Below are positions 12,859 through 25,578 of a stretch of DNA of 64,000 nucleotides, in pieces (positions within the stretch are counted from its first letter, which is position 1; each line of letters opens with the position of its first letter). The notes below the pieces were generated by a model. That model was given only the letters and a program-made list of their open reading frames with translations, searched no databases and was not told where the DNA came from. The stretch spans positions 62,001 through 126,000 of the forward strand of contig QPGO01000187.1 of assembly GCA_008632985.1 (NCBI GenBank), given 5' to 3'. The position numbers and the translations under genes were made by a program. Origin of the DNA: Psammoneis japonica. Taxonomy: Eukaryota.

Positions 12859-15706
12859 ATGACAGAGAGAACGATGAAAGAGCGAACCACCAGTGCTGTC
12901 AAGCAGCAGCATGAACTTAGGGCATCTGCCGATGACTTTGTGCCGATACAGAAAGGCAGCGATTGTCGTTTAGATCCAAAAGCGTCCAAGTTCATGCCAA
13001 ATACCAGGGCATCAGGTGAGCTGTCAAAGCTGCGATTACCAACAGTGCCCGAGCAGACTCTTCGAGCCACATCAGAAGAGTTTGTACCATGTCCCAAAGA
13101 TCCGCTTGACGTACCCAGAGGCAGTCTGCTCAAGGTTTCAGCTGAAGAGTTCAAGCCTCGAACGCAGTCTCTCAATGTTGAAAGATCGGCAGGTCTGTCT
13201 CACTCTGCAACAACATTTATCCCCAAGGAGCCTCAACGACAAATTTGCCGCTTCTTTTCAAAGGGTGCGTGTCGTAAAGGCATAACGTGCCCCTACCTTC
13301 ATGATTCAACCATTGCAAGACGCGGTGTCGACTTGGAGCAGAATAACAACGACAAGCAGGAACAGGGTGAAAGGACTACATTCGACATGGACGGAGGAGT
13401 AAAGGTTGTCTTTGGACCAGGTCGGAGGTGCTGAAGCTTACGTTAGGAGTAAAGGAAGAAAGTCGTACAGTTGTCGTGTCGGGGTTACCATTTGGGGTTG
13501 AAGAGCAAGAGGTAGAAGCTCGACTCTCATCATACGGGCCTTGTCAAGCCTATCAGTTCAGACGAGTCAAAACTTTGGAGCAGTTTATGCAACAGCGTCT
13601 TTCTCCGAAGGGGCTGCAGCCAAAGCAGCGGTAGAAGCATTGCATGGTAGCTCAGCGGCTTCTTGGATAGGCTCTACCGCGTTGACACAAAGGGCTAAAA
13701 CAAGGAGCGCAAAAGAGCAGACGAGGTCATCCTTGTCCTCTGTATCGGTTATAATGAAAGGGTCGCATCCTTCAAAAAGTGGCATGAGCTTGAGGATCCA
13801 GTGGTACGCTCCATCTCGTGTGCCTGGGTTCATTTTCATCAACGTTACCAAGCAGCAAAGGCAGAGAAGGTGCTTAACGGAAACGAACTAAGCGGACGCA
13901 GATTATCTGCAAAGCTCCAACGTTCTTCGTATAATCAAACAACAAATTTTAGCGTGTGGGTGGGAAATCTAGCTGAACGAATAACCGCGGAGCGCCTATC
14001 AGTTTTGTCCAAGCGTGCTGTAAATGCCGCATAAAATCGGTGTCCTTGGGGGATCTGCCCTTCTCAGAGCGAGACGGGCCACACATTGTCCAGCGTCTTC
14101 TTAGTTCCCATGGCGGTCCAATAGTGTTTTTTGAACACAGTCAACGGAAGATGACGGAGGACAGAAACGGAAAGCTCTGGTGAAGTTCGCGAACCCCGCT
14201 GATGCCGAACGTGCATATCGCTTTTTTGAGAAAAGAAACAACATTCAGGAACTTGGTGGAAGCAGACTCTTTGTAGAATGCATTTTCAGCGTAAAGTTTT
14301 CTGTGCCTAGCCTCGCAGCAGATGCTATCATGAAGGAGATTAGCGACACCCTTAAGCAATACCCTTCTGCGAAATGTAACGTCTTCAAGAACGATTCGTC
14401 CATGATGGCGTCAATGTCGATCCAGACAACCGAGAAAAATACCATTGCTTCCATAACCAAGATAGTGAGCCCCGTGATTGACGGGGAGATAGTGCGGGGC
14501 AACCACGGCCAAAAAATTTGGAACGCCACATATTGTCCCCACGATTTAGTCAGTGCGTGTACAATGTCCTTGGTTGGGAATCAGTGTTTGTTTTCTGTGA
14601 CACGAGAAGACGAGAATTACGAGTACTCGGCCGGAGACTCGTCGTAAACGAATCATTGAAACATTGGTTGAGCATTGCTTGGATGAGACCAGAGAAACTC
14701 AGCTGTACCAATTTCTCGAGAAGAGTTTGAGGGCATTTTAATGAGGGGGCGATCGGTGTTGGACAAAGTCATCCGTTCGTCGGGAGTGACAAAGGTGTCA
14801 CTCGACATTTGCAACAGATCGCTGCTGGTTGAAGGTGATACGGAAGGGGTGAACCGGGCAAGGCAGTGCGTGACAAAACTTTTACAAAAGGCTGGGCGGA
14901 CGGAGAATCTAGTAGCGTGCTCCTCGGAGTGCCCAATCTGTCTTTGCCCAATTGATGGTAGCCAGGACACAGTTCATCTGTCATGCAAACACAGCTACTG
15001 CAACGATTGCTTCAAAATGTGGCTGACAGGCTCAAACAGCTGTCAATATCCACTCACTTGCCTTGAAGACAACTGCTCCAAAACGATTTCGATCATGGAT
15101 TTACGTGTACATCTCGAACCTGAACAGGTGTCGCGTCTACTCACCACAGCCTTTGTTGACTATGTTCGAAAGAACCACTCGTCGCTACAGTTCTGTGTTT
15201 CGCCAACATGCGCTGGACTGTATAGGATCAATAAAGACAGCAAAATGTCTTCATGCTCCTCTTGTTTGATCGACATTTGCACCGCTTGCAAGGCAAGTCA
15301 TCAAGGTCTAACTTGCAAACAGTATGCCTTAGCAACACTTCCGCCTGATCGATTGCGCTTCAAGATTGTTGACGAAATTTTGACGTTACGCTGTCCTCGA
15401 TGCAAGCAAGCTTTCCTTGACTTTGATGGCTGTTTTGCGGTTTCTTGCAGCGGATGTCCTTGCAACTTTTGCGGATGGTGCCTCAAAGACTGCGGCAGCG
15501 ATGCCCACCCCCATGTAAAATCCTGCCCCAACAAGGAGGCCGGAGCCGATTCCTACTTTGGCTCGAAAGAAATGTTCCAAACGGCACAAAACAAAACGAG
15601 AAGAGCCAAGCTACAGGGGCTGCTTGAGACGTTGAATCCACAAGAAAAGAAAGACGCCCTAGAATCCATCGAGCAAGACTTGAAGGACTTGGGTCTCTCT
15701 CTTTAG
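12859..15706 (+). CDS. RBR (RING-IBR-RING) E3 ubiquitin ligase with 5 PAM2-like motifs, a CCCH zinc finger and RRMs; multiple frameshifts
   Basis: CRFFSKGACRKGITCPYLH (CCCH). RRM-like segments TVVVSGLP, SVWVGNLAE and KALVKFANPADAERA. RING1 CPIC..CKHSYCNDC, IBR FCVSPTC..CSSC..CTAC..H..C, and RING2 CPRC..DGC..C..C.NFCGWC. At least 6 frame changes between 13430 and 14740. Confidence 0.8.
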
Positions 15707-17000
15707 AGTTTATCAAAAGCATGGCCGACTGGAAATTCTTTCTTGTAAGTGACTGGGGGGTTGAACCACGTGGAGAACTCGTTTGGAGGAAACCGCAGTC
15801 CAAGGGATGAATGCCCCCGTAACGCTCGAGTACCCTCTCCAGCATTTTCATCAAGAACGAGGTTGCGGGCTTGTTTCAAAATTAAAATGGGCGAATGACG
15901 AGATGTTTTGATATTGGAAATGGATGCTGGACAAAGTGCTTGCAGAATAGAATGGAGCCTCTGCTACACAAGGCTCAAGCGAATGTCGGCCGACCGCGGT
16001 CTCCAGGAGAGCGCAAAAAACGTTCATCGCTGTGTAACCATTACAGTCCATGAAATTTGCCGGTATAAGTGGGTTGCCAAACTAGATTGACCGTCTCTGG
16101 GATACGGCCGAAGGGAAACTCGGCCAGTTTAGAGTGTGGCATTATTCGTTGTATCAACTTTCATAGTTTTCTGTATGTTTATACCGCCCTGGCTAACCGT
16201 GCACGTATGTGTTCTTGCGTTCCAAAAACTCGGAGCTCTACGAGCATTAAACTCGTCTTTTGCGCCCCAGTTCGGATTTTGGGTATTGGACGTAACAATG
16301 GCAAAAAGTCCAATTCGGTCGATGATTGACCTGCTACTTTAGTCGAGCGCAACAACCGTACAAGATTTGAAATTCGATGTCCACTGTCGTACGTTGTATT
16401 TTGCTACGCATTTCTTCCAAAGTGAGACCGTCCAATGTGTGCTTCGATGCATCACAGAGGCGTTTTGAATCCATCAAGGCTCTATCGGAATCATCGTTTT
16501 CCGTGTTGAAATGCCTCGAGACTTCTCAATGCCAAACATAGTATGTGGGTATAGCCCCAGTTGCACTCATCATTACACTACCCAAGTTTTCAAAGTCAGA
16601 ACGAGCAAAACCCTCTTGGCCGAATGTAGTATCGTCACATAATGATCGCAGTCAAAGTCACAAATTCGCCGCATCAATGTTGCGTTGATTCGTCATCCAA
16701 CGCCAATTGCAGTAGCTTGTATTAGCAGCCCATTGATTAATCACATTCTTGTTGTAGACATTGCCGAGAACACTAGAATGTGATCGAATGTTTATAACGG
16801 TCAGGCGCATTTCTTCAAGAATAAAATGTTCCTGTGGTTCAATGCCCCACCCGAAAAGAAGATTCTTCCGGTCTGCCAAGCTCTTGTTGTTGAACTCTCG
16901 AGAATACTTTGGCGAATATTCAAACGCCTCCAAGTCTTCCACGGCGAGTCTCGTATGCTTTGTAACTTTCTTGCCGTTTCTCGATCATTGCTTGATTGAG
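15703..17000 (-). pseudogene. Possible fragmented coding region of unknown function
   Basis: Protein-like pieces in alternating frames (e.g. 16658-16942) with stops and normal TpA content. No recognisable domain. Confidence 0.25.
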
Positions 17001-17470
17001 CATGTTCACACTCGTCGCTCGAGGAGATTTCGTCGATGCATAATAAGAACAATTAAAAGCGAGCACCCAGTTTGAGTAGCTCAGCGGCAATAACACGCAA
17101 TACCCCCAATGTCGTGGTTGTCTCGCTGTCCAAGTGGGCCGTCCTACTTTGGCGTGGGCTTATGTCCTAAACCCTAATGGATTAGAGTAAATGAGACCTT
17201 GCTAGCTAGTGTGAGGGCTTTGTTTGGAGAAGCGGGTAAAGAACAAAGCAGAATGAAATGCAGCTTTATCGTGCACAAATAATGTTTTTTTGATTCCACT
17301 TTCATTCTATAAATCTTACTCCGGAGTAGAGTAGCAATTGTGACCTGCAACGACAGAGGTAATACTACAACTTTCCACTTTCCGTCACATAGAGACGCAC
17401 ACTCCAGGAGACTGCGACAAAATTCGCAGTAGCCCCCCACAAATCGTGTTGCTTTCTCTTGTGCACATCC

Positions 17471-18280
17471 TTACACCGCTTGATAGATTGGTGACTTTTG
17501 TCGCCGTCCGTCCCCGTATACTATCTTTAATAGCAATTGCAGCATTCCGCAGGACAATCCCAACGCGTTTGGGATAATAATGGTAGAATCCTTCATTTTT
17601 AGCACTCCTACCACCGTCCACAAGAAGCAGTTGGTAATGGATGCCAGTGTAAAGGGGAGTGGAATGCTCTCTGCCGATTGTTGCTGCAACACGGTCCTGA
17701 GCGCCGCCAGTGGCGCACCAAAAAGAAGGATCGTGAGCACTATTCCCATTTTTCCAACAATCCGAGCCGGTTGTTTGACACCCAGTGAAACCAAGATCGC
17801 AGTACCAACAATGGCTAGTGTACCCTGCAAATGTTGAGCGACACTGCCCGGCAGGGTCGGTGACTTGGAGGGTGAATACTGCAAAAAGCGAGCGACATAG
17901 TAAATAGCCAATGCGGCGCCGACCGCGTTACTAGCCCATATCGACGGTTCATGTTGGAGCAAACCGTACATGGTCCACAGAAAACAACTCGCCACCATGC
18001 TTGAGTACGGCAAGAGCGGGAGAGATCCTACCGACTTGTTTTTGGATATTTGTTGCACCGTTGGTAGTGGTGCCGCGCAAACTACAATGGAGGCGAGCGG
18101 CGCCAGAGTAGCAGCAACGTTGACGAGTCCCGAGCCAATGGATGGAGTAGGAGCGATCATGCTTAGAGATGTCGTTACAGTTCTTGGCGCGGAAGCAAAT
18201 GAAGTAGTAGCGGCGAGAGACTGTCCAACAAATGAAGTAGGTCGAGAGGTGAGCGTTTGCTGAAAACCCAAGGGGATCAT
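17471..18280 (-). CDS. SWEET: SWEET (MtN3/saliva) sugar transporter
   Basis: APLPTVQQI..KSVGSLPLLPY..LWTMYG..N and APLAALRTVL..SAESIPLP..LW..G..IIIPN.LG form two MtN3 repeats with a 7-TM pattern. First ATG at 18280. Confidence 0.93.
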   Translation of the reverse strand: MIPLGFQQTLTSRPTSFVGQSLAATTSFASAPRTVTTSLSMIAPTPSIGSGLVNVAATLAPLASIVVCAAPLPTVQQISKNKSVGSLPLLPYSSMVASCFLWTMYGLLQHEPSIWASNAVGAALAIYYVARFLQYSPSKSPTLPGSVAQHLQGTLAIVGTAILVSLGVKQPARIVGKMGIVLTILLFGAPLAALRTVLQQQSAESIPLPFTLASITNCFLWTVVGVLKMKDSTIIIPNALGLSCGMLQLLLKIVYGDGRRQKSPIYQAV

Positions 18281-18514
18281 TGAAAACGCGAAACGGAAGG
18301 AGAAAAAGTAGTTCGCTCTGGCGGCTACGAGAGAGAGAGAGAGCAGCGTTGTTGGAAAAATGAATAATTTTTGAAGAATGTGCTCAGGAGTTCGGAGTGT
18401 CAACACAAAAATGTGAGGGTTTGTTGGTTGCGTCGCGACTCGCGACGTGTTGTTTGCGTGGTGGTCGTTGGTCGTGTGTCGCTGTGTGTGCGCGCGGGCG
18501 GAGCGGAGAAAAAC

Positions 18515-18529
18515 TGACGTCTGACGTCA
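18515..18529. promoter_or_regulatory. Tandem bZIP sites TGACGT-C-TGACGTCA upstream of SWEET
   Basis: TGACGT at 18515-18520 and a full CRE palindrome TGACGTCA at 18522-18529, ~235 bp upstream of the SWEET ATG. Confidence 0.45.
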
Positions 18530-19231
18530 GTCCCGCGCGGAATGCATGTTTCAGACGTGCGTGTCGTTCATACAGTATCCGTGTTCCAAAGTAAAAAAAG
18601 TAGAGGAATTTAGAATACACAGTACAGTAGGAGCGCACGACTGGATTGCTCGTTCCAAATTCCAGAAGAGAGAACCGAAGGCAGGAGGCACATTCTACAC
18701 TCTAGTAGCTAGAGAGTAGCTAATAGGCCTATTTTTAAGAGGCCTATTTTTTAATGGGGCGGATGCTTTGATTGATTGCAACTGCAAGAAAGAAACTTGT
18801 CTTGTTGAACGGCCTGCAGTTGTTGATGGAGAAATGGCAATTGCAAGGTTCGAAAGAAATCACGATGTTGGAAAAGGGGAGGCCAGTTCATGGGAGCTGG
18901 TATCAAGCTAGCAAGTGCGAGAACAACACTTGTTCCCGTGTACCCTTCCAAGAGAAACATTGATTTTTCCTTTCTTTGTCTCAGCATGAGAAGTGTGGTC
19001 GTGTCCGACGAACGAGCACATGAAGGGCATCGTGAATGAACCATCATGATGAGATGGAGTTACTTTCGTTGGACCTATTATTAAACACTACATAAACTCA
19101 TAAGATATATGAAGTTGGTCTGCGATTACATCTTCCACATTTTTGTCTGCACAGCACTTACGAAGGTCGACGAGCCGCTTTGTAGCTATTGTATTCTTGC
19201 TACGGTAATTACTACGGCTCCAACGTAAAAT

Positions 19232-20773
19232 TCAAAGCCACATTATAATGGCATCCACAATGCTAACAGAAGCGAGAAACAACGCGCAATCCCTTTGAAG
19301 CTCTCGATTCTGTCGACCCTTTCCTTGTTGCACCCACAAGTCATCTCGAAAGCTCTTGACAATTTCTACTCCAGCTCTATCCAAATGCCCGAAATGTTCC
19401 TCTTGCATCTCTACAAATTCATCAAGGGCAATTTTTGGTTCAAGCTCCACATAACGTTTCCGTCCGGTTCCCAACACACTGGCCGCTCCATGAGCATCCA
19501 GCAAGACCGAGTCAATCTTGTTGTCTTGATGGGCCTTGTCGGCCCACGCATAAATACATCGCAAACGGTGAGGCATTTCTACATCCACGTCAAAATGAGT
19601 TCTAATGGCACCCATAAAGGTCTTGGTCAGTCGCTTCTTTGTCTTTTTCTCACGACGACGCGCTCTCCAATTTCCTGCAGGAGGCGGCGTGAGCTGCTCA
19701 TCGCTGTCAAGTTCCGGGAGAGGGGCTCGTACCGGATATGCCTGGATGGCATCCTGAAAGAGAGATTCGAGAGCTGCTTGGACCGGTGCAAGAGACAAGT
19801 CGGCAACATGAGCCATTTCCACTTGATCCAAGAGACCGTCCTTATCGGAATCCAAGAGATTCCACAGCGCTTCCACTCGGTTCTTACAGGATCTGGTAGC
19901 AAAAGATCGCAATACATTGTGAGTTTCCTTGAGCGGCAGTGTGGTCTTTTTTGGTTCCACTTGTTCGCCTCGCACAGCAGCTCGGTCCATATCCGAGTCC
20001 GTCACCGTCGTTAGAATATCCCATGAGTTGGAGAGTGTATCTGCGGCTGCCATTGTCAGATTTAGGGAATGTCTTGCAACACACAAATCAAACGACTCGG
20101 TAGTAGTACCGGCATCGCTAAACGGTGGCGGTCCGTCTTGCACGTATTCTTCTTCGCCTTGCTGCCACTCATAAAAGTCTCGAACGTGACGCATACAGCG
20201 GTCTGACGGAATTGCCATTGCCAATCCAGCCAACTTTTGTGACGACTCTTGCATATGGGACTGGAATTCGTCTTGGGTTAAATGCTCTGGAAGCTCCTTT
20301 GCTTTTTCGTCAAGCCACCTTTCAAATTCACCCGTATGCTTCTTTGCAAGAGCTAAATCATCACTGCAACCGTTATCTACGGCCTTGGCTATAGCCATTA
20401 ATCCATCCGCCAGCCACAAATCATACTTTTCTACAGGACTTGCCGCGTCATCGAGTGTTGTTTGGTGTTCCGTCAGGGCGGCTTTGAGCTCGCCAATCTT
20501 GTCTCGCTTGGCGTTGGAGGGAGCCCAAACACCACCGGCAATTTCAACTTCTCGAGCAGTCGGTCCTTTGAATTTGTTTTGCTGATCCAATGGTGACGCG
20601 CCAGCCATGGGATTGTGCCCTAAAATGTTGCTTGAAAAGGATCGATCTCCACAGCTGCATGTGTTGTTGTAAAAGGATGATTCAAAAGCCCTGCATGATG
20701 AAGCCGCTGCATAACTTGCTCTTTGACATCGAATGCCGTGCTTTTGTATAAACTGACACGACCACCTCAACAT
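19232..20773 (-). CDS. EF-hand-containing protein, possible mitochondrial presequence and C-terminal TM anchor
   Basis: Uninterrupted ORF of ~513 aa with EF-hand loop DSDKDGLLDQVE, an Arg/Ser-rich N-terminus and a hydrophobic C-terminus. Confidence 0.75.
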   Translation of the reverse strand: MLRWSCQFIQKHGIRCQRASYAAASSCRAFESSFYNNTCSCGDRSFSSNILGHNPMAGASPLDQQNKFKGPTAREVEIAGGVWAPSNAKRDKIGELKAALTEHQTTLDDAASPVEKYDLWLADGLMAIAKAVDNGCSDDLALAKKHTGEFERWLDEKAKELPEHLTQDEFQSHMQESSQKLAGLAMAIPSDRCMRHVRDFYEWQQGEEEYVQDGPPPFSDAGTTTESFDLCVARHSLNLTMAAADTLSNSWDILTTVTDSDMDRAAVRGEQVEPKKTTLPLKETHNVLRSFATRSCKNRVEALWNLLDSDKDGLLDQVEMAHVADLSLAPVQAALESLFQDAIQAYPVRAPLPELDSDEQLTPPPAGNWRARRREKKTKKRLTKTFMGAIRTHFDVDVEMPHRLRCIYAWADKAHQDNKIDSVLLDAHGAASVLGTGRKRYVELEPKIALDEFVEMQEEHFGHLDRAGVEIVKSFRDDLWVQQGKGRQNRELQRDCALFLASVSIVDAIIMWL

Positions 20774-21129
20774 GCTCAAATCGATACTCACTCCCTTGTT
20801 TTATAGAGTCATATCATATGACTACTAGTAGATGATAAACACACAGTTGGTAAAACGAGGCAACAAGCACAACAGCAACAACAGACTATTGATAACGACA
20901 CAATTCCATTTTGATAGCGACAAGTAGAAACCTACATGGTTTCCAGTACAAATTTGACAGCGACGCCACAGACGGAATCATTGTCAACGTACCAATCACC
21001 GCATCATTTTAGGGTTTTCGATCATAGGGAATTCCTTATTCGGCGCTGAATTTCCCTAGACAAGGAAACATAAGAAAATAAGAAAAGAAAAGATTAAAAA
21101 GTGATTAAATGCGTGGTTGCAACCGTCAT

Positions 21130-23450
21130 GATCCTTTCATCTAGAAGTTGATTTTTACAGAGCCCATGGCTGCCAAAACACCTCTTGTTGTGCAATGCAC
21201 TCAAAGAGTGAGGCAGACACCATTGGGGAGCACTTTCTCAAGGACAAAAAGATGTGCTTCCATGGTCTCTTAACCCTTCAACCACCGGACTTTGAGCAAA
21301 TCTCCACGGGTGGAGATTTGCTCCCATGCGTCACAGGTTTGTTGTGGAACGCGCATTCGCCAAAAATCTGGGGGAACCCTTTTTGTAATTTAGAAAGTTC
21401 AATGTCAACTTTTAACACTGGGTTTTTTCCAAGCTTTGTCTGTGAATGGAGAGGAGCCAAACCTCAACCTTTGACAACAGCGCAGATCTTGTCATGAGCT
21501 GCTGTCAAAAATGGAGCAATGGCGCCACACCCTTGGAGCAAATCTCCAAGTGCACATTGTGCACTTTGTGCAGATTCCGTGTGACATGACATTTTTGTGC
21601 CGTGTGCATTGCGTCATCATGAAAGTGCGCGACACGTCACAAATCCTCAAGCAGAGCAAATCTCCAAGCCGCCGCGCAAAAGAAGTCAGGAATGCGCGTG
21701 TTGCTTGCAATGTGCACAGTGCCACACTGTGCACCATGCTGCTGCCACACTGGCATGACCATGATGTTGCTCCAACACAGTTGCAACTCTGACGAATGCT
21801 GGCGGGCTGACAAACAATGACAGCCATTGAGCCATCCAGACCCAAATGTGTCATCTGCTGCTTCAGTGCTCATGGGACAATGGCTGTGCACACTTGCTGC
21901 TAACTCTGCCATTGAGAGACACAATCGCACGCTCATCTGCTGCAACAAACTCCATCTTCCACATCCGTTTGCAACTGGCCAGATGATGAAAACTCCAGGA
22001 TGTGATTTCCCAAATGAACAAATGTTGTCAAAGAACACATGTCACGCAGCTCCCACAATCACAGACATCCATGCTGGCAAACTGACAAGCAAGGTGTAAA
22101 TGTGAGTGGAACAAAGTGCACAACAATGAACCAATGAGGACACACATCACAGCACACTCACCACACAAGCTCCCAGAGGTGGCTCTGAGTGACTCTGCCA
22201 AATTTTGTGGTGCCTGGTGCCAGCAGTGGTTTGTGGTTTGTCTGTGCAACCAAGAGGAGGCAAGGTGCCCGGCCAAACCATCCTCCACCTCTTCACCTTG
22301 CCAAGTGCAAAGCCCAGAAACGCAGCTGCACTCACCAAGATCTCCAAAAACAATGTGGACGATGTCATGTCTTAGATTGTGAAGATGGCGCAGTTGAAGA
22401 ATGAGAGAAAAGGATGACCAGACACATGCACAAATGAACCTGACTCACAAAAGCAGGCTCGTGAGGTGTGAGAATTTTGTCAAAATGAGTCTGAAAGCCA
22501 ACCAACCACAACGTGCTCACTGCAACATCTTCTGTGGACAGCGATGAGACTGTCTGACAAATTCCAACATCGTGAGCAGCCCCGAGGCTCCATTGCGTCG
22601 ATTTGTTTCCAACGGCGTGCACTTTTCAGAAATTGTGATGACACAAAAATGATGCACCGTTGTTGTGCGCCAACCAAGACCCCAAGAAGGACATCAAATG
22701 CGCCACAAGTCCATCTTGACATCAACAACAGTTGCGCCAAAGGATGCAGAGTGGGGCGAAGCACAAAGCTCCCAAACGAACGCACTTTTGTGGTGCAAAT
22801 GCCATGAAAAAGTTGTCAATGTTGCAGAAGCAACAGCCGAACGCACGAGACGATCAAGCCACCCATGAAGCTGCAACAAAGCACAAAAAAATCTTCAGCG
22901 AGCATCCAGATGGCATGAAATGAGAAAATGTGGAAAGAACTCACCACGGAAATGTTGTCGACCATTCAGATGTTGCCCGCACAGTGCCGCAATCGAGTCA
23001 CAAGTCGAGGCACACAACCGTTTGTGGCATGTGCAGCAACCAAAGCACCCCAGGAGACCAAACCAATGCACCAACCTCTTTGCAATGGCAACAAAAAAAG
23101 ATGCCCCCTGGACAACGCATCATCATCACGATGTGTGCCATGGCTAGATGCGTCAAGTTACAACATGCCGTTTTTAATGACCGGTTGAGTCCAATCGAAT
23201 TGTTCGACTCTCGCACTTCACCGTGGTGAAATTTCAGTCATGGACGCCGGGAACATTTGAGGTCTCCGGCGGTGCACTTTCTGCATGATTCCACATAAAA
23301 AACCAAAAAAGTCTGGAATTCCCGACTTCTTTTGCGCGGCAGCAAGCCCACAAAAGCTCAAATTTGCACGACAGCCCTTTTTCTTGGCCAACGCAGCATT
23401 TCCGAAAACAGGTCGATGCAAGAAATTATGACATTTTTAGATGCGATGAA
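21130..23450. mobile_element. TpA-depleted degenerate repeat block, family not identifiable
   Basis: Near-absence of TpA and many overlapping Cys/His-rich spurious ORFs. No termini found. Confidence 0.35.
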
Positions 23451-23861
23451 CTTTGAAGTGCGTTGGATAAAAATGCCATCAACAATTTTGTACTTTTTCA
23501 GCAAGATAAATAACCTTCAGATGTGTCAGCAAAATTCACGTTCACTGTTGACCAAATTTGGTCTGCGGAGTTCGCAAGACTGTCGCACGATCATGGCGGG
23601 ACTTGTTCATCATGAAATTTCGTGTGAATCTGAATGGAAAAATGATCTGAAACGCGATCACATTGGGCGACAACACTGCAGCTAAGGATCCGAAGAAGCA
23701 CATTTCCCAGCGGACGAAACGGTTGATTTCAAACGCAACCAAGATCGTCCACGATCTATCGCTCACCATCACTTTTTCGATGGATTCCAACACAATGCCA
23801 CACAAAAAAACAACAGCGCAAAATTTGCCTTGTGTCGCAGATGACGAACAACTCATTCATC

Positions 23862-24242
23862 ATGATGTTTCTTCGCATTCTCACGTTTGCCGTTCTGGCC
23901 ATTTCGGTTTCCTCGTGGGAGGATTTGGCGACGGAGGAAGGCTTTCGCCTTTTAACGGGAGAAGCCAAGAAGAAGGGAGGCAAACGTGACAGGAAGTCCA
24001 AGGTGCCAAAGAGGTTTCGTAAGCTGACCAAAGAACCCAAGAGTGCCAACAAGGAATCCAAATCACCGAGAAAGTCTTCCAAGGCACCCAAGGGAAGCAA
24101 GACGCCCAAAGCCAAGGTTCCGAAATCCTCCAAGGCACCCAAGGGAAGCAAGACGCCCAAGACCAAGGTTTCGAAATCATCAAAGGCGCCACGTGTCGGC
24201 AAGAGTACGAAGGGACCCAAGGGAAAGAAGAAGAGCCTCTAA
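23862..24242 (+). CDS. Small secreted Lys/Ser-rich silaffin-like protein (126 aa)
   Basis: Signal peptide MMFLRILTFAVLAISVSS, a short acidic segment, RXL motifs (RLL, RKL), dense KxxK (KSSK, KAPK, KGSK, KTPK) and a 17-aa tandem repeat. Confidence 0.75.
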   Translation: MMFLRILTFAVLAISVSSWEDLATEEGFRLLTGEAKKKGGKRDRKSKVPKRFRKLTKEPKSANKESKSPRKSSKAPKGSKTPKAKVPKSSKAPKGSKTPKTKVSKSSKAPRVGKSTKGPKGKKKSL

Positions 24243-24499
24243 AGCTCTCTTTAGAGGCATTTAGATTTTCTGTTTCTTTCCATGCTTCGCTCGTCTGGAA
24301 TTACCCTCGTTCTGTGTTTTTACGCTTTTCTGCTTTGAGCAAAAGTCATGCAATGTACAAGTGCAGAAAGTAGACTCACATTAGGAACAATGAACTGTAG
24401 AGAAACTATTCACGGGTTGCTGCAGCGCCATGGACCTGCAAACGCTGAAGCGCAAAAAAGCAATCACAACCGAACCAATCCGGACCTTCGACTGAGTCG

Positions 24500-25578
24500 C
24501 AGGAGACGTCACAATGGCCCGTAGCCGGCCCTGCTACCTCGGTTATGACGACTTCAGTGCAAACCACATTGAAAACAACGGAAGCCTCAGCCGTGACGTC
24601 TACAAATGCCTGTCGAAGAGCCTCCATCAGACGCAACACCAGCACTCTGCAGGAGATGCAAAGGCAAAACTTGCCTTGACACACACAGCGACGAATTTAG
24701 TGTCGAGGGTAATCTCGAGGCGCATCATGGATTTCGTGTTTTTGTTTGCCATGCCTCCAAGTTCTCAATCCTCAAAAAGATCCCAATCAGCAAAGTGCGC
24801 CGGGACCCAGCTTGGATTAGAGATCTCGTTAAAAAGAGGCGAACGCATGACTTGCCCCTCTTCGTTAACACTGCTCTTTTCAAATGCACAGTTCAGGACT
24901 TTATGCAGAAGGACTGGCGCCCACCTTTGTTGAAGTTGGTAGACGAGACTGCAAAGCTGATGCAAGTCACGGTTTGGTGTCATTGGCGAAGAAGAAAAGC
25001 TCCAAAGATTTCCACAACTACGGACATGGTTGCTTCATCGCATGCAGAATGTCATCGACGACATGACACAGGACCTTCGTGTAAATGTATCGGAGTTCCT
25101 TGACAGTGAGGAAACATTCCCATACTCGCAAAATCATTACTTGAACGAAACCGCATCTCGCCTGTGGTCCGAAAGACTACAGGGTGATTTGATGGAAGCT
25201 CTTGGATTGACCGACATAATGCAAGATACAAGCGCCTCATCGACGATGGAGGGTACGAAGAGTACAATCATGGCCATTTTTGAGCGAGACCAGAAAATGT
25301 CGGTTGAAGAGCACATGGCGGAAGACATGCAGCATGCGTTGGATGCCTGTGGCAAGGTGCGCATGAAGCATTTTCTTGATGTCATTCCGATGGAATGCGG
25401 GAAGGTGTTTTTGGAGTTCGCTGAGAAAGCCAACAACGCCACAGCGGTGCACCTTACGGACGAGGAACTTGAACGCCTCGTGTGCGTCTCATCCGATGAC
25501 ACAATCAAACAGAAAAGCCTCAGGCGTAAGCACGAAGAGCTTGAAGCTAGACTGAAGGTCTTTGACGACCTCATTTAA
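24500..25578 (+). pseudogene. Mx/dynamin-like GTPase, middle and GED domains only, frameshifted
   Basis: DLPLFVN..F, PYSQNHYL.ET, ALDACGKV.MKHFLDVIPM and a C-terminal coiled coil. No GTPase domain seen. Confidence 0.7.
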
